Shown here one piece after another: positions 11,080 through 25,237 of a stretch of DNA of 64,000 nucleotides (positions are counted from its first letter, which is position 1; the number at the start of each line of letters is the position of its first letter). The notes under the pieces were generated by a model that made no database searches, had not been told where the DNA came from, and saw only the letters and a list, made by a program, of their open reading frames with translations. A program made the translations under genes and the position numbers. This DNA comes from the human T2T-CHM13v2.0 reference genome, Homo sapiens, in NCBI RefSeq assembly GCF_009914755.1, contig NC_060947.1, one strand, 5' to 3'.

Positions 11080-11750
11080 CATTTCTGAGCACCCCTAATA
11101 CCACCAGCCACTCTGGTTTGTACTACCTTTATCTCTTACCTGGACAATGGCAATAGCCTTCTGACTGGTCTCCCTGCTTCCATTCCACCTCTCTCTCTTG
11201 CAAAACAGCAGCCAGGGCCATCTTTCCAAAACTCAATTCTGATCTTGCCCATCGCTGCTTACCTTTCATATTTGTCCATCATTCCCCAACTCTTCAGCAT
11301 GGCTTTCAGGGTCGTGGGTGATCTGGCCCTTGCCCATCTCCTTAGTCTCTCACCTCTACCCCTCCCCACCACGCACACCTTACACACCAACAACCCAAAG
11401 CTACTCCTTGGCACCTGACCAGAACAGGCACCCTTAAGCCTCTGCGCCTTTCTGTATGTGCTCCCATCAGCCAGAAATGCCCGTCCCCTTGCCCGTTGTC
11501 TGGCAAACTCCTATTGAGCCTATTATTCACGGACATTTCTGACCCCCAAGCCAGGCCAAGTTGGTGTTCTCTTCTCAGCCCTCACAGCGCTTCTGCTCAC
11601 ACTGCCAGTGTCTGTCTCCCCCAGTAGATTGTGAGCTTCTGGAGGACAGAGCCAGTGTTTCATTTCTGCATCTCACCTGGAATGATGCCCAGCACAGAGT
11701 TTAGCACAGAGGCAATATCAATAAACCTTTGAAATGTTTGTCGACTTGAA
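11080..11750 (+). mobile_element. L2 LINE 3' fragment
   Basis: 'cttacctggacaatggcaatagccttctgactggtctccctgcttcc...agattgtgagcttctggaggacagagcc...tcaataaa...gaatg'. Confidence 0.75.
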
Positions 11751-11859
11751 TGGGCTTGGCTGGGCTGGGACAGTCACCCCAGGGCTCTATCCCTGCCCTT
11801 CACTGCTCACTTTACCATCCAGCCAATCTGGAGAGTCAACATCTTATTATATTCCCTTA

Positions 11860-12490
11860 CAATAAACGCTAACATTTACTGAGTACTTATTGTGGGCCAG
11901 GCACCATGCTCCACACTTCATGTGCATTACTTCATTGACACCTTCTGCTGCAGTGATGTCTCAGAGAGGTCCCTATCTGAGGTAGGACTGTGATTATTTC
12001 TGTTTTACAGATGAGGAAATGGAGGCTCAGAGAGGGAAAGTGCCTCGCCCACAGGCACGTGGCTAGGAAGTTGTATGTAAGGACTGGAACTTGAGAAGCC
12101 GGAATGCGGAGTCCAAGTACTTAGGTGCTTCACCACACTAGTAAGGCAAAGTGATGGTGGCAGCTTGGGGAAAGAAGGAACCTGGGCCCTTTGGTCTGTA
12201 CCCCTTGATGCTGGCCACGTGGCTTCAGAGGCTGTCTAGTGTGGTAGTTAACAGCCCAGATTCTGGAGTCAGGCTGCCAGGGTTTACATTCCAGCTTTAC
12301 CACTTTCTAGTTGTGAATTCTTGAGCCATTTACTTAAACCCCTCCGTGCTTCTGTTTTATTCATCCAAAAGATGACACTGAGAGTAGCAGCCATCTCATG
12401 AGACTGTAGTGAGGATTAAGTGAATAAACACACATCCAGCCCTTAGAACAGTGCCCAGCCCTGGTAATTGCTTCGTAAACGCCATTTACT
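11860..12490. mobile_element. Two MIR copies in opposite orientation
   Basis: 'ttttacagatgaggaaatggaggctcagagag' (~12000) and 'ggagtcaggctgccagggttt...cttgagccatttacttaaacccctcc' (~12260-12350). Confidence 0.75.
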
Positions 12491-13517
12491 ACCCTTTGAG
12501 TCCCGAGGCAGCCTTTGGTTCCTTCACTCAGCCTTAGGCAGCCCGAGTCCTCTACGGGCTGGTCACTGCTTAGCCACTTGAATCAGAAGGTTCAGCTGCT
12601 AATATTCCCTGGCCTCAGCCCGGGTTGCTATGTCCCCAGTGAGGGTGCAATGGGTGGTGGGCTGCAAGCTCCTCCAGGCCCCAGCCCCAGGGCTTAGCTG
12701 TCCTAGGCTTGACTCCTGAAGTCCCAAAGGGAGGAATACCTAGGCTGCTGTGACCCTTACAAGGAGCCTGGAGTCAGGATCAGGAGACTCGCATTTGAGG
12801 CCTGACTCTGCCCCTAATAGTCATATGTGCCATGTCTTCTCTTGAGGCCTGGGTATCTTCTTCATCTGTTGAATGTAAATGGGATGATGTAAGCAAAACT
12901 GCTTTGTGAAAAAAACACGTATGCTTTGATGTAAGGAGCCACCATTTCCCATCAGAATGTGTGTTCCTTCGGGGCAGTGAACCTGGGCCTCAGTAAAGAG
13001 CCAATGAATAATGAATGAGTATTTCTCCTACCCAGAATCCATGCTCCTCCCCAGCCAGACTCTAGCAGCCAGAGATCCAATTCTGAAGCAGGGACACTCA
13101 CTCTGATAATGGCCTAGAATGCTCTGGGAAAGTCGAGAAGGATGTGTTGCCATGTTTAGGAGAAGCCCATGCACCACAACCTAAGATCCAGAGACTATTT
13201 TGTTCCCATCCTCAACAGGTTCACTAGAGTTGCAGGCACTTTTGAAAGAAGGACAGTGCTACACTAAATGGCCCCTTTCTATACGCTGTTTTGCTGGTGA
13301 AGTTTCAGCAGGTACAGCCTGTCTGGGAGCCACTTAAGTAACAATACACATCAAAAACCTAAAAATGTGGAGGCGCTCTGACCCAGCAATTCCAATGTGG
13401 ATGAAGGCCCTGTGTGAGCAATTTTCATCACAATCTTATGTATTTGCAGTGGTTTTCTAATATAAAAAAAAATGGCTTCAAAAGCCATCTCCTCTGGGTA
13501 GTTTTGGGCTTTTGTGA

Positions 13518-13647
13518 TTTTTTTTTTTTTTCAAGATGGGGTCTCATTATGTTGCCCAGGCTGGACTCAAACTCCTGGGCCCAAGTGATCCTCCCACCTC
13601 AACCTCCCAAGTAACTGGGACTACAGGCACAGGCCATCACTCCTGGC
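13518..13647 (-). mobile_element. FLAM (monomeric Alu-family SINE) within an old L1M-like fragment
   Basis: T-run followed by 'agatggggtctcattatgttgcccaggctggactcaaactcctgggcccaagtgatcctcccacctc'. The upstream 'gacccagcaattcca' is an L1 3' motif. Confidence 0.8.
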
Positions 13648-13671
13648 TATGTCTGGGTAGTTTTCTTAATC

Positions 13672-13707
<36 letters not shown>

Positions 13708-13750
13708 TGCACGCACACACACGCACACACATATACACAAACACACATGT
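13672..13750. repeat. (CA)n-rich degenerate microsatellite
   Basis: Seen directly. Confidence 0.9.
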
Positions 13751-13859
13751 CCAGTAACAATGAAAAATTTTTGGTGCAGCGTATATTAACTGTCTTCTCC
13801 TTTGAAAAACTTTCCTAGTTCCCCTCCTGAGTTATGCATATGTCTTTCTTGACTCCAGC

Positions 13860-14050
13860 ACATTGGATTGCAACCACTGGAGTCTTCAACTCTCAGTAAC
13901 TCAGTTTCCTCATCTGTAAAATGGGGAAACTGATATTGCCTATGATGTTGGACAGTTGAAAAGATGCCACGAGATAATAAATATAAAGCCCTTAGCAGAG
14001 TGCCCGGCAGGTCATAACCACTCAATCAATTTTATTATTGTGATTATTAT
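13860..14050 (+). mobile_element. MIR SINE
   Basis: 'ctcagtttcctcatctgtaaaatgggg...taaagcccttagcagagtgcccggca'. Confidence 0.8.
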
Positions 14051-17000
14051 CTCAATGCAAGACAGTCACAAGTCTGCCTCTATCATTAGTCGGTGATCTC
14101 TTCCATGGTAGGGACTAGGCTATGGTTTTTTCTCTCTGAATCTCCAGTGCCCAGTACAAAGCTTGATATATGGTGGGTGCTGAGTGAGTTTGGTAAAAGG
14201 ATAAATTGAGTCCTATGCCCTCAATACAAAGAAGCAGCTGAGGCCCAGGAGAGGACAAATCAAGAGTTAAGACTAGAACCCAGGTCTTCTGTCTTCAAGC
14301 TGTGGTCCCCTAGGGAATTGAGGGTGAGGGTGGGATTGTGAGTAACCTTCTGGATTCCTTGAGTTGGACTGCTTGGGCTCTTTCTGAACTTGGGGGTCTG
14401 AGATCCCTGTGATCAGAGGGACTCTGGGGCGGGGACAGTTGTGCTGATCCCCCCTCTTCATTCTTGCCTTCGTTCCCTCCATCTCGGGCTCTAGTCTAGC
14501 CCAGCCAAACAGGAAGATTCATTAACCGTCTAAATATACAGAGCCCAGGGGCCATGTGCAGCCTGCAACAGAGCTGGGGTCCCAGCAGGGCCAGAGCCTG
14601 AGGCAGCAGTGCCGGCAGAGGGCTGGCTGGGAGGGGGGCTTAGCGAGGGGGAAGCCCAGGGAACAGCTAATGTGATGATTGATGGGGAGGTGAGTGAAGC
14701 CAGGCTAGCCCTGGGCCCTCAGACCTCCGGTCTCTAGTCCTATTCTTACCTATCTATCCTTGCATTCCCCACCCCAGGTCCATTCCTGGTCCCCACCGTA
14801 GCTATAGTACCATCCCCATCTCCATACCCTCCACCTCCTTGGTCCAGGTCCCTGGGCTTCAGAAGTACGAAGCCTAAGAGGTGGGCGGCCAGGGTTGGGG
14901 GTGGGTTTCCCCAGGCTCTTGCCTGCTTATTATTATAAGGGCTATTTCTCTAATCAAAACTCCCCAATTACCCAAGGGCCCCTCTGATTAATATTCCATG
15001 ATAACAGGAACAGGTCACATCTGGCTGCAGGAGCTGGAATTCGACACTCCAGGAGCCCCATGATTGGTCTGCAGGAAGAATAATAAACTTCTTTCTCCTG
15101 CCCCGCTTTCCCTTCCTTTCCATTCAGAGGTCCCCTTTTCCTCCACCTTCCCTTCCCCAGCTCTCCATCTGTCCCCCTCCACCCCTATCCAAGGCCTCTG
15201 CATTGCACTCTGCCCTCTTTTGAGGTGGAAGCTGCCTCTACAGTCTGGGTCAGCCCTCTGGCCATTGTTGTCCCCTTCTTTGCCAGGCTGATCTTTGGTG
15301 TGGGAACATGTTTTGCTGGGACAGTGGGCTGAGTAGGGAGGCTGATTTCTGAGTGATTGTGGGGGCTTTAAATGTATCATCTCATGAAATCCTCCTCACT
15401 ATCCTCCTATGAGGGAGGAAGTATTATCCCTGTTTATTGACAGGGGCACAGTACGCCTAGAAGCCACAAGACTTGCCCAGCATCACACAGTCTTCCAGTG
15501 ACAGAGCTGGGATTTCAAGCCCAGGACTCTCTGCTTCCAAGGCTTCTCTTCTCCCCACACCCCACCCTGATCTGCTGAGGATGGTTTCAGTCCCTGGATG
15601 CTTGGATTAAGATGGGACCGGCTGATATGGCAGAGAGCCAGTGCCCATGAAACCCAGACTCCCAGGCTTCTGTTGGATTTGAGATGGGTTTTCAGGCAAA
15701 TGCACCAAGAACTTTTAATGCAATCCCACAGCCCAGAGAGGAGAAAAGACGTTCCCATGTTCATATGGCAAGGTGGTCAAAAATATGGGTCTCAGCCCCA
15801 GATCTTCTGACACTCAGATGAAAACTTCGATTTGCCATCATGTGGATGGCCCTGAATGAGAGAGGTTTCTTGTCACACCTGCATGTAAGGGACTGCCAGA
15901 CACCCCCTCCCCTGTCTTAACCCAAAGACACCCCAGACAGTGCCCAGCTGCTTTTGTTTGTTCAGTCTTCACCAAGGAGCCTGGACAGAACATGGTCTCT
16001 GCTTAGGGTAGGGGAGGGGACAGCAGGGGAAGGGGTTGTGGCTGCTGCAGGCGGCCAGAAAAGATTTGCCTTCAGCCAATCCTAGGCTATGGCTCTTGGC
16101 CCTGGGGCCGAGCTCTCTGCTGACCCACCATGCATCTCAGCAGTCAGGAGGAGGGCAGACTCTTGAGTTTCAGGGGCACAATCAATCCTCCACTGCTCTC
16201 TCCCCAACACACTATTAGGTGTCTGAGAGTGGGACACCAACTTGGATTTGCTGAGGAGGGGCAGGGCAGTGAAGTGTTTCTCTCCACCTCTGACTCTCCT
16301 ACCTGGCTCTTGCCTTGGGCTGTCACCTTGCTCCTACCTCCCCCAGGGAGCTCCTTTGCTCAACTCTAATCAGAAATACCCTGGAGCCATCTCCCGAATT
16401 CATACCTAGGTAAACTGGGGGCCCTGGATGAGTAGGAGGCTAACTGAGTCTTTGACTCAGTCCGTGGCCCCTGGCTCCAACCATACTTCCCATCTGCTCC
16501 GTCTACTGGCTGGGACTGTCCTGGCTAGAGGGCTAAAACACGGAGCTGCTCCGTCCTCATGTCCTGCCCATTGGTGGGGTCTGAGATATCCACTGTTTTG
16601 TAGGTATCCATGAGGCTTCTAGGGCACAACTACCTTGAGATTACTGGAGGCCCAGACAGGCCTTGTAAGAGCCTGAGCCCTGCATGGGAGAGCTGAGGCC
16701 CAGGTCTCTCCCGTCCCTTCTGCCTTGCTTTCTTCCAGCCACTGCTCTTATTGTCCAAGCCCCCACAGCCTCTCACTCCAATCTCTGCCTTTACCTCCCC
16801 CCAGTTTTATTCTGCCTTCCGGTTGCATTCTCATGTTCTACACACTGAAGCTACCTTCTTAAACTCCAGATCCATGTTAGTTACTTAACTTCTCTGTGCC
16901 TCAGTTTCCTTATCTGTAAAGTGGGGACAAGAATCATACCTATCTCATAAGATTGTAAGGATTAACTGAGAGCACGCACGTAAAGCAAATGCTTCATCAT

Positions 17001-17789
17001 CTAACCTGCTAATACTGAAACAGGCTAACGCCAAGTGAGCAGTTACTGTGTGTCAAGCACTGCTCTAAGCACCTTACATGTGTGATAGTTTAGGTCAGCT
17101 CCACAACGGTTCGATGTGGTGAGGATTACTGCTGTCATTCTCATTTCACAGATAACTGTACTGAGGTGCAGCAATATTATGCAACTTGCTGCAGTTCACA
17201 TTGCTAGTAACCTGCAGAGCCAGCCTTTGAACTCAGATAATCTGACTCCGGATTTGACCTCTTAACCAATCTGTCATTTTTGCCACCCTAGGAACAGTCT
17301 CTGACTCCCCAGTACCTAGAGGACAAAGTGTAAATTCCTTAAGCTGCCATTCAAGGCCCTTCCACCCCTCCTCCTTGCATTACAATGCACCCTGAGAACT
17401 GAATGTCTCCAGACCACCAAGGGTACTTACCTGCTTACAAGCCACTGCTCAGGCAGTTCCTTCCACTTGGAATGACCCCTCCCCATCCCCCTAAAACCCT
17501 CACATATACACACAAACCCCACCTCTCCCAGTGTTTATTTTGAGCCAATTTCCAAAGCTAATGGGTTTAGAGGAAGCACTTGAAGATGTGGAGTTTGTGT
17601 GTGCCTGTTTGGGGGTTTTGGTAGGCAGGGTTTAGAGGGTCACTTCAGGTGTGACCACCCTCATGGAGCCAGAGGTGCCCTGGGCCAGTAGTCCTTAACC
17701 ATTTGGCCACCTAGAACCATCCTTTTGAATGATTCCTCCCCATTCCTCTTCTCCCCCTGCCCTCACACCAAGGCTCTGATGGATCTTGT

Positions 17790-18310
17790 CTACCAAACAC
17801 TCTGTATTGGAAAAATATAAAGCACGGTTAGCAGGAAAGGACGGTCTCTTGGGAAATTGGATACCACATTTGAGAGGTGTATGGATTTTGCCTTCTTCCC
17901 CAACCCTGCTTCTTCTGAACTTGAGTTTTTGAATGACTCCATGCGATTTCTGGGCAAACCGGATGCCTGGGCTGGGCCCCCTGCAAGTGAGAATAGAAAG
18001 ATCGGTATTTTTCTCTCCACTGTTGATATGGTTTTATTGTCATGCTCTAGGACTGACTGCAAGAGACAATTGATCCTACTGCCCAATTGTTGTCAGAAAG
18101 CACGACTTAAGGTCAACTACCCGAAAACTCAAATCATCAGCATTGGCAGGCGGCCCCCCAGCATTCAATTGGTTTCTCTCCAACAATTTAATACAGCAGG
18201 TCAAATCACTCAGTTACCTGGGGGTGCAATTTGCGACTAATCCATCTTGGAGGGTTCCCCGGGAAGCTATATTGCCTAAATTAGATGTTCTAGGGGTGTT
18301 TTATTGAAAG
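17790..18310 (+). mobile_element. Ancient non-LTR retrotransposon RT fragment (L4/RTE-X-like)
   Basis: ORF 17857-18240 contains IGIFLSTVDMVLLSCSRTDCKRQLILLPNCCQKARLKVNYPKTQIISIGRRP. This is a decayed form of the RT segment 'ILLYADDMVLLS...LKRQL..L..YC....LKVN..KTK.I.FG'. Confidence 0.7.
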
Positions 18311-19001
18311 TTTTTAAATGGCCACAGTGGCAATTGGTAACGCCTGCTTTGAAAGTGTTCCAGACAGAAATGGTTGTGGGCCTGGCTCGAAGGTGGAGAA
18401 CTTTGCACATTGGAGGGGATTGAAAACTGTTGCAGGGTGGGGAGCGGGGGCAGGGGGCAGATGATTGCCCTCATCAGTGGATACCCCTCCGGGCCCCTCT
18501 GTGAGAATCACCCCTAGGCCTTCTTGATCCCTCCCCTCTGCCTGGCTCTCTGGCTGAGCCTGGGACTCTGCCCTACATCCATAACTCACGACTGCGACAG
18601 CCCAGGATCTCACTCCAGATAACTCAGCCTTGAAGCTCCTGTCACCCTAGCCTTACCAATAGCTAAGTTGGCAGAGATCATATTTATGGTGGACTGCCTG
18701 AAGGGCAGACTGCCCACCCTATCTCTTGGAGTCTTATATTCTCCTTTGCTTAAAGCAGCTCATCAGAGGGCTGAGTACAGAGACCACTGTACTGTGGCCT
18801 TTCAGGAGGCAGGAAAGCACAGGGACTGTGAATCTGGGCTTCGGTAATAGACAGACCTGGGTTTGCCTCTAGCCCCACCACTTCCTCCCTGTGTGTTCCT
18901 GGGCAAGTGATTTCACCCGACTCAGTTTCCTTCTTTGTAAAGTGAGGATAATAACAGTGTTTACCTTTTCGGGGATTTAATGCCTAGCACGTAGTAAATA
19001 A

Positions 19002-19361
<360 letters not shown>

Positions 19362-20374
19362 TAGTAGATGGTTGGAGGAAACATCGTGGCAATGTCAACC
19401 TGGTACTCACTGCAAGGATGTTGTTGAAGACATCGTGTGGTCGCTTCTCCCAGGGCCCTATTTGTAAAGGGCCAAGGGAAAGATGTGATTCCTTTTCCAA
19501 CTGGCAAAAGCCATGCTTCTCTGGAATACTTGGCTTATTTTTATGTTACAGATGCCGTGAAGCTCATAATTGATGGCATTTCCTTCTTTTATGAGGCTAC
19601 CAGGGGAGCTGAGAGCCAAACACAGGCTCTAGTAACTGTGTAGAATGTCAGGGAAGGCGTTCGGTGTGTGTGCCAATCTTAATCCTGGCTTTATTATTTT
19701 CCTAACGTTGTTTTTCTTTATCTTGATTTCTCTCAAGTACATATTTTATGATTTTATATTTTATAGCTTTTGTTCAGTTGTCCCAAATTCTTTGATGAAA
19801 ATATGTGCCACAAATGACTGTTGTAAGAGTCACCATCACTGAGTGAATATTTACTATTACCAGCGCTTACCAAAAATGAGTTTATTTACTCTCACAACAG
19901 CCACATGAGGAAGGGGCCATTAATATCAACCCCTCCTTACAGATAAGAGAATTGGGGTTCAGAAAGGTTAATTTACATGCACAAAATCGTATAGCTTGGT
20001 TAGGCCTGGGAATGAACCTGTGCCGTCTGATCCAGAGCTGTAACCTGGCTAGGCTGTGCTGCCTCTGATGGATCAATGGAAAGAAGGCACACAGGCAGGA
20101 ATCTAGGGGATGCATGTGCACAGATGATGGATGAGATAAATGGACATAGGTGGGAATGACAGGCATAGATGGCAGACAGTGAGATGGAAGATATGATTGG
20201 TTTTTCTGTAAGATACCCAGGGTTGTCTCATTGAGGTGATACAATTCTAGCCCAAAGCAAAAGAACTTAATGTCTTAGCCAGTGCAATCCTACCATAAAG
20301 GTACATCAGTCTCCCATAGGGCTTTTGAAAATGGAGATACTCGTGGCTGTTCATTAATGCCTTTGTGGACCTCT

Positions 20375-20960
20375 ATTCATTCATGTGTGCATCCATCATG
20401 CAACTACTATGTGGCTGGGCACTGGGGACACAAAGGTCACTAAGACATGATGGATCTCTGCCCTCAAGGGGCTCCTAACTCACTGAGTGAGACATACATG
20501 AAGGCTACAGATCATGATACAGATGCGCTGGAACCAAGGTCTCTTCATGGGGTTTGGGAGGCACCAAGGCAGTCGGGGTGGGGAGCAGGTCATAGAGAGT
20601 CAGGGAATGCTAGAAGTTATTATCTCATTAGGAAAGGCTTCCAAGATGGGGAGTTGAATGAAGCGTAGAGGATGACTAGGAGTTTGCTAGGCTGCAGATA
20701 GAGGTCCCGGGGGCAGAGAGAACCACATGGGCAAAGGCACAAAGGCAGTCACAAAAGCACAAAGATGGGGCATATTGGGAACGCTGCAAGTAACCCCTTT
20801 TGATTGGAGGGTAGAGAGTGTGTTGGTGGCCTTAGAGATGAAGCTAGAGGGGCTAGGAGGCCACATCGCGAAAGACCAAGGTGTTTGGAGTTTTTCATAT
20901 GGCAGATGGGGAACCCTGGAAAGGTTTGAGGCAGGGGAGGCACCCAGTCAGCTTTGCATT
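20375..20960 (-). mobile_element. L2 fragment
   Basis: 'attcattcatg...ctactatgtggctgggcactggggacacaaag...ggggaaccctggaaaggtttgaggcagggg'. Confidence 0.65.
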
Positions 20961-21097
20961 TCAGAAAGTTATCCACACACTCAGAGAGGCATAGAGGGAG
21001 ACCAGCTAAGAGGCAGTTTTCACCGCCATCATGCCACCACAGTGTTCTGAGCTGCTATCCCATGTGTTGCTCGTTTCAAAAATATCTATTGAGCACC

Positions 21098-21436
21098 ATC
21101 TTAGTCTGCTAATACCTGAGATTGGGTAATTTATAAGGAACGGAAATTTATTTCTCACAGTTCTGGAGACTAGAAGTCTGAGATCAAAGCACTGGCAGAC
21201 TCTGAGTCTGGTGACGGCCCACTTCCTGGTTCATAGGTGGTGCCTTCTCACTGTGTCCTCACGTGGTGGAAGGGATTGCATGGGTGGGGGGGGTCTCTCT
21301 CAGTCTGTCATGTTTTATAAAGGCACTAATCCTAATCACCTTTCCAAGTCCCCACCCCCTAATACCATCACCTTGGAGGTTAAGATTTCAACATGTGAAC
21401 TCTGGAAGGACGCAAACATTCAGGCCACACATAGCA
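21098..21436 (-). mobile_element. MLT1A-like MaLR solo LTR inserted in an L2
   Basis: 'tcttagtc...aaatttatttctcacagttctggagactagaagtctgagatcaa...taataccatcaccttggaggttaagatttcaacatgtgaa...catagca'. Confidence 0.85.
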
Positions 21437-21689
21437 AGCGCCTATCAAGCATCAGGCACTGTTCTAGGCACTGGAGATACTGCAGTAAGCAACATGGACA
21501 AAGCTCCCTCCTTGCAGAGAGCGTACATGCTAGTGGAGGGAGACGCACAATAAATAATAAACACAACAAACAAGAAATTTATATGTCATGTTAGAAAGCA
21601 ATAAAAGCTATAGAAAAAGAGAAAATACAGCATGATAAAGAGCATTGGGATTATGAGGGTGGGGCTGGCATGAGACCTTATTGAGAAGG

Positions 21690-22051
21690 TATATTAGTCC
21701 GTTTTCATGATGTTGCTAAAGACATACCCGAGACTAGGTAATTTATAAAGAACAAGAGGTTTAATGGACTCACAGTTTCACTTGGCTGGGGAGGTCTCAC
21801 AATCATGGCAGAAGGTGAAAGGCATGTCTTACATGGTAGCAGACAAGAGAAAATAAGAACCAAGCGAAAGGGGTTTCCCCTTATAAAAGTGTCAGATCTC
21901 ATGAGACTTATTCACTACCGTGAGGACAGTATGGGGAAAACCACCCCCATGATTCAATGATCTCTCACCATGTCCCTGCCACAACATGTGGGAATTACGA
22001 GAGCTACAATTTGAGATGAGATTTGGGTGGGGACACAGCCAAACCATATCA
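21690..22051 (-). mobile_element. THE1-family (ERVL-MaLR) solo LTR
   Basis: Reverse complement begins tgatatggtttggctgtgtccccacccaaatctcatc. Length 362 bp, with a 5-bp TSD GAAGG at 21685-21689 and 22052-22056. It interrupts an L2. Confidence 0.93.
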
Positions 22052-23363
22052 GAAGGTGACATTTAAGCAAAATCTTGAAGAGAGAAAGTAGAGGCAATGT
22101 GGGGACTCTTCCCAGGTCCGACCCGCACAGATATTCACAGGCCAGGGCAGTGGACTTGGGATCTGGCTGTCCCGGATTTGAGTCCTGGTACCTTGGGCAA
22201 GAAACCACCTCTCAGAGCCTCCATTTTCTCCTGTACTTCCTGACTTCTGGGGCTGTGGTGAGATGACGGACACGATGGTGCTTAGTAGCTAGACAGGTAG
22301 GCCCTGGAGGTAAAGGGGTTGTCACACATCTTCTCTCTGGCATCCGCCACTCACCCCTACCGCAGCAGCCCCATGGCTCTGGCTGAGGAGCCAGTTGAAG
22401 AGAAGGCAGTGGGAGAGTTGCTGACAGTGCCTCGTTCAGGGGAGGGTGAACAGCTTCTCTGAGCTCCAGTAAAGATGAAACTGGGCCACAGGTTTCATCC
22501 TTACATCCTTCATGATGTCAACCTGTGGCATTATAGCTGTCGTCTCTGCCATGCACGACTGGGCACGAACCCATAGTGCGGCAGAGCTGGAAAGAAGCCC
22601 CTATGGGATGAATGGGGATGCTGAGGCCCAAAGAAGGCAAAGGACTGGCCCAAGGGCACACAGTGAGAGTCAGAAACACATCTGACACTGGGGTCTAGGT
22701 CTCCTGCCTCCCAAGTGGGTCATGGAAGCTGTTTTGACCCGGGTCAATTTATTAATAGTTACAGCCCCTGCCTTGGCCTTTTTTCTTACTGAGGCTTCCT
22801 TTGACAGTCTGGAGCCCACTGCTAAAAACTATAACAGTTGCTACATTTAGCGTTCTTCCAAGAGACTTCCATTTGTTATCTCGTGAGTCTCTCAAAAACC
22901 CCACGAAGTATTATTATTACCCTTATTTTCATTGATGAGGAAACTGAAGCACAGAGAGGCTAAGTGACTTGCCCAAGGCCACACCTTAGGAAGCGGAGGA
23001 GCTGACCAATTTTGGCAGTTTTGCTCATAAATCTTTGTATTTAGCCACTAGGTTACATAGGTGTGAGATGAGTATGTGTATGTGCATGATGTCTGTGTGA
23101 GTGTGGCTGAATGCGTGTGTTGGGAAGTTTTCCTGGCTAACTCCCAATTGCTGTTTCACGCTCTTCACAGGGGATGCCTGGGGAACAGGGCAAGCTAAGA
23201 GATCTCCCGGCCAGGCCCCTTTGGGACTGGAGGGTGCCGGTGGTTCAGCATTGCTGCGACTCCATGTCCAGATCCCCTTACCGCCCCATCATAGGAAGAG
23301 CACCACAACTTGCAAGAACATACACAGACAGCACAGTGGATGTGAAACCCTTTTCACGTTGTA

Positions 23364-23552
23364 GGGCAGTGGCTTTCCAACTGTGCTTACTGCACCAGCA
23401 GCATCAGCATCACCTGTGAACTTGTCAGAAATGCAATTTCTTGGGCCCCACCCAGTTGAGACTAGATCAGGGACTCAGAGTGAGGCCCAGCAATCTGTGT
23501 TTTAGCAAGCCCTCCGGGGAATTCCATTGCATGCTCAAGTGTGAGCATTAGA
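23364..23552. mobile_element. MER5A-like hAT-Charlie MITE
   Basis: 'cagtgg...ccagcagcatcagcatcacctgtgaacttgtcagaaatgcaa...ggcccagcaatctgtgttttagcaagccctcc'. Confidence 0.85.
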
Positions 23553-25079
23553 GACATACAGGAGAGGAGAGGCCCCACAGCATATTGGGTTTGCAGACTT
23601 CCATGTTTGTACACACATATGTTCAGGGCACAGTGCTTTACACTTTCCAAAGAGCCTTCTCACCCATAACCTCCTCCTAGCTGCTCGACAACAAGGATTC
23701 CACCCACTTCTCAATGAGTAAACTGACATCCAGGAAGGTGAGGTCATACAGCAGTCAGTCCCTGGCAGATGCCAAGCATGGCGGTCTTATCTGACATGCA
23801 GTGCCTCTCTTAGATCCTTCTGCCCTGTCTTCTGTGCCAGTCCAGGGCACCCCCTGCCCACAGCAGCCTCTCAGGGAAAAAAGGGGATAGAGAGATGGCC
23901 GTCCTTGGCTTCCTGCTCACCCCCACCCCCGCTCATCCTCTCCCTCCTGTCAGCAGCACCTGCAGAACAAGTTCCCTGTTCTTTAGGTGAGTTCACTTGG
24001 CAAGGAAGGAGAAGGGTGCCCCAGGAATGTGGAGGGGCTCTAGGAGTCCAGTGGTCATTTTCTAGGAGATACTCAGTGGTGGATCGATGGCAGCAGAAGC
24101 TTCAGATGTAGAGTCACCTTTCCATTTCATCTGCTGAATATGGGGGCCCCCCTGGGGTTGTCCCAAGGGACATGACCCCAGTCCCAGTATAAGGTGAAAG
24201 GTGGCACCTCAGGCTGACTCCTGCCCAGGCCTGTTTTCCACTCTGGTCACCTGCCTGCATCAGGGTCCCTGGCAGGGAAGTGAGGAGATTGTTCTGTCTA
24301 GCCTGCCAGAGGGGCTGTGGCGTGACAGGATGGGACAGCAAGAGGGGGAATATCTGGATCCCCCAAACATAAGGTGTAGACACAGCCAATAGACCATAAA
24401 AGTAGGCTTCAGACCAGAGCATGTTGGCAAACATCTGGTCCAGTGATTCTCAACCTGGGGTTTGTGCAATTTGGGGGAGGGGAGGCCTACTGATATATTC
24501 CCAGAGGCCACAAGTTCTCTGAGAATTGAGCTTTTTTATGGTCTTATTTTGATGCTAAACACAATTTTTGTTACACTTATGAAAACAGCTATGATTCACA
24601 ATTGCAAGCTATTTTCATAGCCTGGATTCAGTTCTGAGGGAGCTTCTCAAGTTGGGGAACATGCAGACCTGTGGTGGGGAGTTAGAGGTGTTCATTGATA
24701 CCTTCTCAGAGGGTGGTTCTGCTGAAATTTTTTTCCTTAAAAGGGAAAGTCTGTGTATTCCATCCCAACATTCAGAAGGACTAATGTATCCCCGCCCCTT
24801 CATGTTCCACTCATGGACACGGAGGCCCAGAGAAGGCCAGATACTTGCTCAAGGTCTTCCAGCAAGCCAGAGCAGAGCTGAGACTGGAAGGCTGGGCTCC
24901 TTCAGCCTGGCCCAGGGCTCTTGTTGGCACACTCTGCAGGGGCAAGGCTCAGGCCAGGCCAGGAGCAGTAGGGGTGTCAGAGGTGTGTGTCTCAGATGTT
25001 TCCATTACAAATTTGTCAGTTCTCTTTCTATTCATTGGGACCGCATGGACTCATTTGGATCTTTTAAAGAGATCCAAGT

Positions 25080-25237
25080 TCCAGTGCGGTAGCTCACACC
25101 TATAATCCCAGCACTTTGCAAGCCTGAAGTGGGAGGATTGCTTGAGACCGGGAGTTTGAGACCAGCCTATGTTCCCAAAACATAGCAAGACCCTGTCTCT
25201 GTAAAAAATTTAAAAAGTAAAAAGAAAAGAAAAAAAC
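25080..25237 (+). mobile_element. FLAM/AluJ left monomer
   Basis: 'gtgcggtagctcacacctataatcccagcacttt...gagtttgagaccagcct...agcaagaccctgtctct' plus an A-rich tail. Confidence 0.85.
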
